From the IMG/VR virus record IMGVR_UViG_3300009400_000005, positions 3,890-67,889 of that record: DNA of 64,000 nucleotides. One strand, 5' to 3'. Below, one piece after another: positions 56,648-64,000 of the stretch. A model generated the notes under the pieces. That model was not told the DNA's origin. It saw only the letters and a program-made list of their open reading frames with translations, and made no database searches. The position numbers were made by a program, and so were the translations under genes. This DNA comes from a virus. How positions within the stretch are numbered: position 1 is the first letter of the stretch; each line of letters starts with the position of its first letter.

Positions 56648-57631
56648 TCAGGCAACGAGATCACAGACGTCTCGCCATTCGCTGACGACCGGAATCCTGA
56701 TGGGCTCCAACGGCAGCATGCGGTTCAGCAAGTCCAGCGCGCTCGGAACCATCTCCGCGTTGATCTCACGAGCCCGCTCCACCATCTTGGGCTTCACGGC
56801 GTCGTAGACGGCCTGCCACGCAACACCTCGATATGACCCAGCGACAGCGGCAGCGTCAGCGGCAGCGGCAGCGGCAGCGTCAGCGTCAGCGGCAGCGTCA
56901 GCGTCAGCGGCAGCGGCAGCGGCAGCGGCAGCGCCAGCGGCAGCGGCAGCGACAGCGACAGCGTCAGCGTCAGCGTCAGCGGCAGCGGCAGCGCCAGCGA
57001 CAGCGACAGCGCCAGCGGCAGCGTCAGCGCCAGCGCCAGCGACAGCGGCAGCGACAGCGACAGCGGCAGCGGCAGCGCCAGCGACAGCGGCAGCGACAGC
57101 GGCAGCGGCAGCGGCAGCGGCAGCGCCAGCGGCAGCGCCAGCGACAGCGTCAGCGACACCCCGTTTCTTCATCTCAGCCGCGATTCGGTCCTTCAACCGG
57201 CCAACCGCGTCCGCGCGAGCTGCCCGGGCCTCTTTACGAGCGAACTCCAGCGCATCAAGCGTTGCCTGAACGGTCAGCGTATCCGGCAGGCTCCGCAAAT
57301 ATGCGGCCGCCTGATCGCGTCCAGCACGATCAAGGTACATCGGCAACGAGGTGTGAATCAGCCACTCTCGACACATCTGAATACGCTCATCGTCCAGACC
57401 ATCGCCGGCGGTGCCGATCGTGCGAGCGAGATACGGCCGCAACTTCTGACGATCCGCGTCATCGAGACGATCGTTCAGTCGAATGCAGAACGTTTTCAGG
57501 ACAGGACTGACGCACACCGGCTGATCGGAATGCCGTTCGCCGGCAAGGAAACTTGCCCACTCCATTGCGCACATCCCGTCCTCGCGACGCTGGTGAGAAC
57601 CACTGCTGAGGAAATACTTGTCGGTCTTCAT
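56648..57631 (-). CDS. Hypothetical protein with long Ala-rich repeat
   Basis: GSH...GMCAMEWASFLAGERHSDQPVCVSPVL N-terminus common in actinophages. Confidence 0.75.
   Translation of the reverse strand: MKTDKYFLSSGSHQRREDGMCAMEWASFLAGERHSDQPVCVSPVLKTFCIRLNDRLDDADRQKLRPYLARTIGTAGDGLDDERIQMCREWLIHTSLPMYLDRAGRDQAAAYLRSLPDTLTVQATLDALEFARKEARAARADAVGRLKDRIAAEMKKRGVADAVAGAAAGAAAAAAAAAVAAAVAGAAAAAVAVAAAVAGAGADAAAGAVAVAGAAAAADADADAVAVAAAAAGAAAAAAAAADADAAADADAAAAAAADAAAVAGSYRGVAWQAVYDAVKPKMVERAREINAEMVPSALDLLNRMLPLEPIRIPVVSEWRDVCDLVA
56843..57154. repeat. 52 tandem hexamers (GNCAGC)n
   Basis: Units ggcagc/gtcagc/gacagc/gccagc; only position 2 varies. Confidence 0.95.
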
Positions 57632-57650
57632 GGTCTGCCTTTCGTTCTGG

Positions 57651-58274
57651 TTAGTGATCAGAGTCAGCCGGCAGAGCACCCACCGCCGGCCGACGGCCCA
57701 AAGCGCCCAACGGATCCAGCCTCCCTAAGCCGCCGCCGCGACGACCCGCCGCGATCAACGCCACATCCCGGCCCTCCATCGCCACGCAATGCGCATCCCA
57801 CCGCGCCTCCAAATCCTTACGATTACGCTCCCCGAAATCCTCATGTTCAAGCTCCAGCATTCGCAGCCGATCCAACCCCACGCGCTCCACGAACGCTCCC
57901 ACCAACGGATGCATCGTCGCGGCCCGCTCCCGAGCCGCCTGCAGGTAAGCGCGGCCACGCTCACCCTCATCCGCCCACGTCGACCCAGCCGGTCGAGCGC
58001 GCAAAATACCCCGCAGCCCGTAGATCAACTGGCACGCCTCATCGAACGTCGGCGTCGACGGGTCAGCGTTCATCAGCGCCACCAGCTCGCCCGGCGTCGG
58101 CCCGAACACCTGGCCACGAGCCACCAGTGCCCGTAACGCCGTCGCGATCTGATCCGGCTCGTAGCCGTCGAGCAGCACCCGGTAGACGTCCGACTGTGCG
58201 TCGTCAAACGGCTGGCGCCACTTGAAGCCCTTGTGCAAAAGCATCGAGAGCGTGTCCCACTCGTCATCGATCAT
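57651..58274 (-). CDS. Replication accessory protein (helicase loader/G39P-like, putative)
   Basis: Follows initiator; VYRVLLDGY...ALRALV...FGPTPGEL. Confidence 0.55.
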   Translation of the reverse strand: MIDDEWDTLSMLLHKGFKWRQPFDDAQSDVYRVLLDGYEPDQIATALRALVARGQVFGPTPGELVALMNADPSTPTFDEACQLIYGLRGILRARPAGSTWADEGERGRAYLQAARERAATMHPLVGAFVERVGLDRLRMLELEHEDFGERNRKDLEARWDAHCVAMEGRDVALIAAGRRGGGLGRLDPLGALGRRPAVGALPADSDH

Positions 58275-59176
58275 GCTGCACCCCTCTGGTCCATGAGTCG
58301 TTGCATCGCGGCGTAGCGCCGCTGTTCAAAGTCGCTGGCTGGAGGCGACGGCGACGCCTTGAGTACGAGCTGGGTGAACTGCTTGCGCAGCTTGGCTGGG
58401 CACAAAACGTTGGAGCGCCAGAACGAGTCGGCCTGACACCAGTCGATGATGCGAATGACCTCGTCTACGTCGCCGCCACGATCACCGACAAGCAGCCGCA
58501 TCTCTGCCACCCAGGCGTTGCTCTCCGGGTTCGGATCTGCCTTGGGATCGTTCTGGCGAATGTGAGAAGCGAGCAGCGCAGAGAGCAAGGTCGCGCGCTG
58601 GGTTTCTGTTAGCTGTGAGCCGTTCTGAAGCTCACTACGAACAACAGCAGGATCGGATCGGAGCAGCGCGCCCCCGCGGGGGGGACGGAGTACTCCCGTA
58701 GCGATACCGGAGTTACTACCGGAGTACTCCGGTATGGTTCCGTCGCAGATCCGGTCTACATTACCTTCAAGGTCGCGTCGAAACTGCACCATCGCATCCT
58801 TGACCGGGAACTCACGATAAGGGTCTCGCGGATGCGGAGGAAGCGTGGATTCTGATGGCTTGTTGATCACCTGGTGGCGCCAGAACCGCGGTAGCCACAG
58901 ATAGGTCCACGGCCCTTCGACGTACTCCCAGGCAAATCGTGCATCGTCGATGACGAGCCTCAGGGCCTTCTTGAACTGCGACTCGCTGATATCTCCGTTG
59001 GGGAACACGTAGGCATGCACAGCGGGGAGCATGCACTTGATGCGTCCTCGGTCATCCGCCATCGACATCAGCCCGATTGCCGTGTAGCGCGCTCCGACGG
59101 GGATGAGATTGATCCGCTCGTCCGCGAAGAACTCAGGCTTGATCGATCGGATGCGGGGCCGACGCTCGCCGCTCAT
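58271..59176 (-). CDS. Phage replication initiator protein
   Basis: RIRSIKPEFFADE, GLMSMADDRGR, FWRHQVINKPS, C-terminal DSFWRSNVLCPAKLRKQFTQL. Confidence 0.85.
   Translation of the reverse strand: MSGERRPRIRSIKPEFFADERINLIPVGARYTAIGLMSMADDRGRIKCMLPAVHAYVFPNGDISESQFKKALRLVIDDARFAWEYVEGPWTYLWLPRFWRHQVINKPSESTLPPHPRDPYREFPVKDAMVQFRRDLEGNVDRICDGTIPEYSGSNSGIATGVLRPPRGGALLRSDPAVVRSELQNGSQLTETQRATLLSALLASHIRQNDPKADPNPESNAWVAEMRLLVGDRGGDVDEVIRIIDWCQADSFWRSNVLCPAKLRKQFTQLVLKASPSPPASDFEQRRYAAMQRLMDQRGAA
58686..58734. repeat. Iteron-like repeats (candidate replication origin) inside initiator gene
   Basis: Repeated (TAC)CGGAGT units including the perfect 18-bp palindrome taccggagtactccggta. Confidence 0.6.
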
Positions 59177-59640
59177 CGGATTGTCGCCACCAGAATCCGT
59201 GCGCCCTTACTGATGTTGCAGAAGCTGTGAGCGACCTGAAGGTTGTCGAACGTGTCCTTGCCTCCGTGGAAAACCGGGAAGATGTGATCGATGTGCACGT
59301 CTGCGGCCTCTACCTCGTCGCCGCAGAGGCCGCAAACGAGACCATCGCGCGCGATCACCCGACGCCTCAATAACTGCGAGAGACGCCTTCCTTGGCTACG
59401 ACGAGCGCTCGGATCGATGCCTCGAACCCGGTGCCACTCAAGCCAGAGTGGTGTCGGAGAAGAGTTCCTGTGCTTTGGCGGCGGCTCTGGCTGACAGCAC
59501 CGGTGCCAGAATCCGAATGGCATCGCCTTAGGAACGATCGGGAACGGCGGCGCAGCCCAGGAGCACGGCAACCCGTCCATGTCCTCCACCGCTCTCGCAA
59601 ACTGCCGCCAGGTGTATTGCTTCGGCCTGCGCTTGCTCAC
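59173..59640 (-). CDS. HNH endonuclease
   Basis: RDGLVCGLCG...HIDHIFP...GG...NLQVAHSFCNISKG. Confidence 0.88.
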   Translation of the reverse strand: MSKRRPKQYTWRQFARAVEDMDGLPCSWAAPPFPIVPKAMPFGFWHRCCQPEPPPKHRNSSPTPLWLEWHRVRGIDPSARRSQGRRLSQLLRRRVIARDGLVCGLCGDEVEAADVHIDHIFPVFHGGKDTFDNLQVAHSFCNISKGARILVATIR

Positions 59641-60053
59641 AGTGCGCTCCTTAGCTCCTGAAGCTCATGGACCAGCTCGAGCAGCTCAGCGAGATCCATC
59701 ACGCCATACCATTTCGACCTGCTGCGCCTGAACCCGACGAGCGCGATATCGGTCGGCCGGCAGTCACCTTCGGCCTGCCCGATCCACTTCCAAATCTCCA
59801 CTGTCTCGCGGCGCTTTATCTCAAGGTGAACGTTGGGTACCCCGATGATGTCGCCGCCGCCCTGACCGCCCGACTGGAAATTCCTTCGGGCGCCAGTGAA
59901 GCCGATCTCCTGGCAGAGGGCGACGATCTCGCGTTCCCCGGAGCCGCCCTTGGTTCGCGACCCCTTGCCGCGAAGCATCGGCGACCGCGCGAGCGGCGTC
60001 TTGCGCTGCAGCACCTTGCGCGCCTTCGGGCTGCCGGGAGGCGGGAAGCTCAT
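59637..60053 (-). CDS. Holliday junction resolvase-like PD-(D/E)XK nuclease
   Basis: KGGSGERE...ARR...GDIIG...LEIKRRE. Confidence 0.8.
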   Translation of the reverse strand: MSFPPPGSPKARKVLQRKTPLARSPMLRGKGSRTKGGSGEREIVALCQEIGFTGARRNFQSGGQGGGDIIGVPNVHLEIKRRETVEIWKWIGQAEGDCRPTDIALVGFRRSRSKWYGVMDLAELLELVHELQELRSAL

Positions 60054-60216
60054 GCGCGCTCCCCGTCGTCGCCGACGTTCAACGTCAACTGCGGGTCGCG
60101 CAAACGCGCGATAGCAGCCTCCAGGCGCGCCAGGAGCTCGCCTGACGGCACGGAGTCGGCTAGCGGCTGCCCGGGGTTCAGGACGGGCTCGTAGGAGCGC
60201 TGCGAGGCTGAGAGCA

Positions 60217-60834
60217 TCACGCGGCGCTCCGGAGTCCGGCGCCCGACGCCTGGTGAGCCCGGATCGCTTTCAAGGTCCACCCGTGCCGGCGGAACCGGAC
60301 TCTCAGCGCGTTCAGCGAGACGTCAAACCGCGATTCCAATTCCTCTAGCGGAACGTGCTCGTCTATGACCAAGGCCAGCAGGTCGGTCGTCTTGAGCGTC
60401 GTCAGGCCTTGAGATGCCCGTTGAGCATGGTAACGCCGAAGGTTGCGGTTACGACTACAGGTACGGCAAACGCGCTGCCCGCTAGCCCTCACATACGTGT
60501 TTTCAGCATCGTAGGCGTGGCCGCTAGGGCAATGCGTTACCGCCGCGTTACGTGCAGTGCGCGTCTCGCCTCGGAGGAGATTCTCACGTCGCGTAACCGG
60601 CTCAAGATGATTGGGATTTACGCACGCGCGATTACGACATAAGTGATCTAGGTCAAGCCCTACCGGGATCGGGCCTACGATGTGGTCGTACATGGCACGG
60701 TGAGCGAGCCAGACACGTTCCCTGTACCAGCCTTCGCCGTAGCCCCCTGGTTTGATGCTTCTCGTCCAGAGCCAGCACGCCGATGTATAACCAGCCATCG
60801 TCACTTCATAGTGGGTGCCCGGGTTCCACATCAT
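60217..60834 (-). CDS. HNH endonuclease
   Basis: CWLWT...GYG...AHRAMY...LDHLCRNRACVNPNHLEPVTRREN, HCPSGH. Confidence 0.9.
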   Translation of the reverse strand: MMWNPGTHYEVTMAGYTSACWLWTRSIKPGGYGEGWYRERVWLAHRAMYDHIVGPIPVGLDLDHLCRNRACVNPNHLEPVTRRENLLRGETRTARNAAVTHCPSGHAYDAENTYVRASGQRVCRTCSRNRNLRRYHAQRASQGLTTLKTTDLLALVIDEHVPLEELESRFDVSLNALRVRFRRHGWTLKAIRAHQASGAGLRSAA

Positions 60835-61223
60835 GCTGCCCGCTTCATGGTGGGCGCGGTGGCCTCAAGCTCGATCCGCAGCGCGCTGAGCACGCTGCGT
60901 TCTGACTCGACGATCGCTTTCAGATCCCCGATCCGCTGCTTCAACCTTTCGCGCTTACGCTCCAAACCATCACGCCGGCCCAACACCTCCGGGTTCATCT
61001 CACGCCTGGCGAGCTTCAACCGCATCGCCTCGGACGGGAACTTCGGGCCGTTCTCCTCCTCGCTCTTGAGGTACAGGCCGATCTCGAAGTCGTCGACGAA
61101 CCGCTGATACTCCCTATCCACTTCCTCGAGGCGGCGGCTGACTTCCATCAGCGCGGTCGAGAGGTCACCGAGCTCGCGGGCGTGCTGGTCCAAGCGGTCG
61201 AGCGCTTCCAAGGGCGTGGTCAT
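60831..61223 (-). CDS. Coiled-coil hypothetical protein
   Basis: GGAGG SD, ATGA overlaps. Confidence 0.65.
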   Translation of the reverse strand: MTTPLEALDRLDQHARELGDLSTALMEVSRRLEEVDREYQRFVDDFEIGLYLKSEEENGPKFPSEAMRLKLARREMNPEVLGRRDGLERKRERLKQRIGDLKAIVESERSVLSALRIELEATAPTMKRAA

Positions 61224-61516
61224 GCTGCTACCTCCTGGAATTCTGAGCGCATCCCCCGGTCGTTATCCGCGCTCACCGAACCATCCCTCTCCACGACCCA
61301 CCTAGCGATCCGGCCCTCGGTCATGTAATGCCGCAACTCCACATACTTCGCCGGGCCTGTGGTCGGCATCATGTAGACGCGCCAGCCCTCAGAGCCGTTG
61401 TGTCCTTTCAGACCCCCGGCGTTGTGTGAGCGGCGGATCTCCTTGACGGTCTGGCGCTGCTCGAGGGTGAGTGAGCGAGCCCAGTTGCTACGGACCCCGG
61501 CCTTGAACCCACTCAT
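61220..61516 (-). CDS. Hypothetical protein
   Basis: Coupled ORF. Confidence 0.55.
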   Translation of the reverse strand: MSGFKAGVRSNWARSLTLEQRQTVKEIRRSHNAGGLKGHNGSEGWRVYMMPTTGPAKYVELRHYMTEGRIARWVVERDGSVSADNDRGMRSEFQEVAA

Positions 61517-62517
61517 GCCGCGGCCCTCGCTTTGCGCTCAACGCGATTCCACGACTCGCACAGAGAATTGATCGGCTTGACCATCTCGTAGTACGCCAGC
61601 GCCGCTGCCAACGTCTCCTCGGTGGCAGCACACGGCATCTCGCGTGCCTCGGCACCATCGGCTGGGAAGACGACAACTTTCAGGAAATGGCACGGGTCAT
61701 CGCCGGTAGCGATCGCCGCAGACTCGTACATCCGCAATTGCAGGTGGCTTCCGCTGAAGATCTGACCGCGCTCCTGAGTTTTGAAATCAAAGCCGATACG
61801 GAATCCGCCCGCGCGAGCGACCAGATCGCGACGGCCGGCATAGCCCGCCGCGGGATTGCAGACCAGTTCCTCGATCGACTCGGGCTGCGGATCGTTCTTC
61901 AACAGCCACCCGCACATCGAAGTGATGTAGCCGTGATGCTCGACCGGATGCTCGTCGTGACGCGGCGCTTCTCCGGTCCGCAAGTACTCCTCAACGAGAG
62001 CGTGCACGTTGATGCCGCGATCAGCGGCCGTGTCACGCGCGTTATCCGCTCCGAGCTTCAACAGCCGTACGAGCTTCACCGCATCAGCTGGATCGGTCGC
62101 TGCGTGGATCTCGCCCATCCGGACCGCTTCCACAGCACCCTCGATCCCCCGCGCTTCAGCCCACGATGGAAGCCCACCCTTCGGACAGATCGCGTCCAGC
62201 AGCGTCGTGACGGAGATCATCTGCGTCCGCGAGCAGTCGCCAGTTCCGTTGCACGCACCGCACTTCACGGTGCTGCCTGGTCGCTTCTCGCTCGACGCGC
62301 GACCAGAACCCTCGCACTGCGCGCACACGGGCTGCGGCGTCCACCAGTAAGTACGCCAGTCCTTCTGTCGCGGCTCGCCGTCCTTCTTCAACCACCCGCG
62401 GGGAGCCTGCTCAAATTCGATCACGGCACCATTGGACAGCTCCCGTCGCTTGTGCTCCTGCATCGCGCCCGGCGTCTGCCAAGGCATCAGTTCAGGCTCG
62501 ATGTCGGTGATGGTCAT
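61513..62517 (-). CDS. PD-(D/E)XK exonuclease (RecE-like) with DnaJ-like Zn finger
   Basis: SVTTLL, AADRGINVH, YAGRRDL, FDFKT, LQLRMY; CAQCEGSG/CGACNGTG. Confidence 0.82.
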   Translation of the reverse strand: MTITDIEPELMPWQTPGAMQEHKRRELSNGAVIEFEQAPRGWLKKDGEPRQKDWRTYWWTPQPVCAQCEGSGRASSEKRPGSTVKCGACNGTGDCSRTQMISVTTLLDAICPKGGLPSWAEARGIEGAVEAVRMGEIHAATDPADAVKLVRLLKLGADNARDTAADRGINVHALVEEYLRTGEAPRHDEHPVEHHGYITSMCGWLLKNDPQPESIEELVCNPAAGYAGRRDLVARAGGFRIGFDFKTQERGQIFSGSHLQLRMYESAAIATGDDPCHFLKVVVFPADGAEAREMPCAATEETLAAALAYYEMVKPINSLCESWNRVERKARAAA

Positions 62518-63353
62518 CGCTCGACCGTCCCGGCCTTCTGCACCAGCGCCGCAACCTTCGCGCGTGGAACCTCTTCGAGGACAGCACCGTTGGACGCGTC
62601 GAGGCCAACCGCTCCGAAGACCAACCGGATCTTTCCGTTGTTCAAGCCCGCGAGCGCAGCCTTCATCTCAGCGACATCCGCTGGCGTTGCCATCTCAACC
62701 GCAGGCGCTACGACGGGCGGAGCAACTGCGGGAAGATCGCCTGCGTCGACCTCGGCGTCGCCTTGCGCGTCATCGGAGTCGCCGTGATCCAACGGCTCGC
62801 CGAACGCCTGACGGCCACGGAGATCCAGCCAGCCCTCGTACAGCTTCCGGACGTGCGACTCACCGTTCGGCGTGAGCGCGAGGCCCATACCGTCGCGGGT
62901 CTGCACGGTCTTCAAGTGGCCGTCCTTGACGTTGAGACGCATCTGCGGGATCGCGTACAAAGACACGCCGACGCCGAACTTCACGGCAGCGCGCTTGAGC
63001 GCATCGGAGAACAAGCCCTTGCCCGTCCCGTCGCCGATGTCCTGCCGGCGGATCCCGTCGACCGTGAGCCGGCAGATCAGGCTCTTGCCGAGCGGCTCAT
63101 ACTCGTCGTACCAGAGATGCGGGACGATCAGGTTCAGCCGCTCGACCGCGAGACGCGCATCGATGTAGCTGACGATCAGACCACCGGTCGGCTCGCTTTT
63201 TGGCCACGTGGCTTGAACTTTGAACTTCACTGCGGCGGGCGTGAACGGTCGACGGAGGTGCGTGGCGGCGTCACGGAAGCTGTCGAGCGGGAAGGTGACG
63301 TCGTCGGCGGTGTGCCCGTTGCGAGACGTGGCCTTGGAGGCGGTGGCGCTCAT
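62514..63353 (-). CDS. Rad52/Rad22-family single-strand annealing protein
   Basis: LRRPF...SYIDARLAVERLN...CRLTV...KGLFSDALKRAAVKFGVGVSLY. Confidence 0.88.
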   Translation of the reverse strand: MSATASKATSRNGHTADDVTFPLDSFRDAATHLRRPFTPAAVKFKVQATWPKSEPTGGLIVSYIDARLAVERLNLIVPHLWYDEYEPLGKSLICRLTVDGIRRQDIGDGTGKGLFSDALKRAAVKFGVGVSLYAIPQMRLNVKDGHLKTVQTRDGMGLALTPNGESHVRKLYEGWLDLRGRQAFGEPLDHGDSDDAQGDAEVDAGDLPAVAPPVVAPAVEMATPADVAEMKAALAGLNNGKIRLVFGAVGLDASNGAVLEEVPRAKVAALVQKAGTVER

Positions 63354-63730
63354 CGGTTCATCCACCGGGCATAGGCGCAGTAGTCCTCCGCGGTGATCTC
63401 TCCGGCCTGCGTCGGCTCTCCACAACGCTCGCACTCGCGTGCGTCGGGGCTGCACACCAGTCCACACGCGAGGCAGCGAGCAAGCTCCGGACCCTGAGGC
63501 TCCGCGGCGGCGACCATGAGTGCGCCGCTGGTCACGTCGCGCGTCAACTCCTCCCACAGCAGTTCACGGCGAACGCTGAAGTCCTCGGGGCCCGCTGGGA
63601 GCGCGGGGAGGCCGAGATCGGCAATGGCCCGTTTCGCCATCCTGATTGCTTCGGCGTGACACGCGGACCGGTCTCGGATCGACCGTAGTGCTTCCATCGC
63701 TACGTCGTCGGTGTGGCTGGCGACGGTCAT
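63350..63730 (-). CDS. Hypothetical protein with Zn ribbon
   Basis: CLACG...CERCG. Confidence 0.5.
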   Translation of the reverse strand: MTVASHTDDVAMEALRSIRDRSACHAEAIRMAKRAIADLGLPALPAGPEDFSVRRELLWEELTRDVTSGALMVAAAEPQGPELARCLACGLVCSPDARECERCGEPTQAGEITAEDYCAYARWMNR

Positions 63731-63945
63731 GACCGACCCCCATCGGCGTGCACCAATCCACGTCCGCCACGCTCTCCGACGATGTAAGAGATGAGCTGGT
63801 CCTTGCTCCAGACAGTCGGGCCGCCCAAAACCCAACGCGAGCCGCGCTCGCGTCCGACGGCAAGCGCCATCGTCACGAGGTCGGCTTTCTTGGTGCGGGT
63901 GAGTTCCCGAACCATCTGGTCCCTGCTTGTAAGCTCAACGGTCAT
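63727..63945 (-). CDS. Hypothetical protein
   Basis: AGGAGG SD, coupled ORF. Confidence 0.5.
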   Translation of the reverse strand: MTVELTSRDQMVRELTRTKKADLVTMALAVGRERGSRWVLGGPTVWSKDQLISYIVGERGGRGLVHADGGRS

Positions 63946-64000
63946 CACGGCCTCCTATCGGCTGTGGTCACGCCTCCGGCCCGGTGACACGGGCGCGGAG

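Noticed and set aside
56843-57154. CRISPR, TIGR-like array or DGR variable region
   Set aside because: 6-bp period with no spacers; no reverse transcriptase or template repeat in the window
56794-57510. (QR)n and (LP/LS)n ORFs in other frames
   Set aside because: Shadows of the hexamer array; the Ala-rich frame is continuous with a recognisable protein
186-63987. Most + strand ORFs in the track
   Set aside because: Antisense shadows typical of high-GC DNA; only the two HNH genes are credible

Overview
64 kb of a high-GC temperate tailed phage genome, almost entirely coded on the minus strand. The contractile tail (sheath, tube, baseplate J) indicates a myovirus. The host is probably an actinobacterium of class Thermoleophilia (inference from the mIHF homolog, the Ig-repeat secreted proteins, the RlpA-like gene and leaderless promoters). 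In transcription order (64000 to 1): recombination/replication genes (Rad52-like annealase, exonuclease, resolvase, replication initiator with iterons, mIHF); a tyrosine integrase with an attP matching the tmRNA 3' end; small and large terminase (with intein); a solo TnpB IS200/IS605 element; lysis genes; portal (with intein); a 13-kb block of fibre-like, secreted and lipoprotein genes with a glycosyltransferase; head genes; neck, tail and baseplate genes interrupted by free-standing HNH cassettes. Most notable unexplained signals: (1) a ~500-nt non-coding, heavily base-paired and possibly bistable RNA-like element at 44326-44825; (2) a covarying two-hairpin leader shared by two HNH cassettes; (3) an attP module with an integrase-tail mini-protein, a truncated Xis and a phage-encoded mIHF; (4) an exact 41-bp promoter duplication next to an antisense HNH insertion. 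All family assignments are by eye from motifs; no database searches were run.
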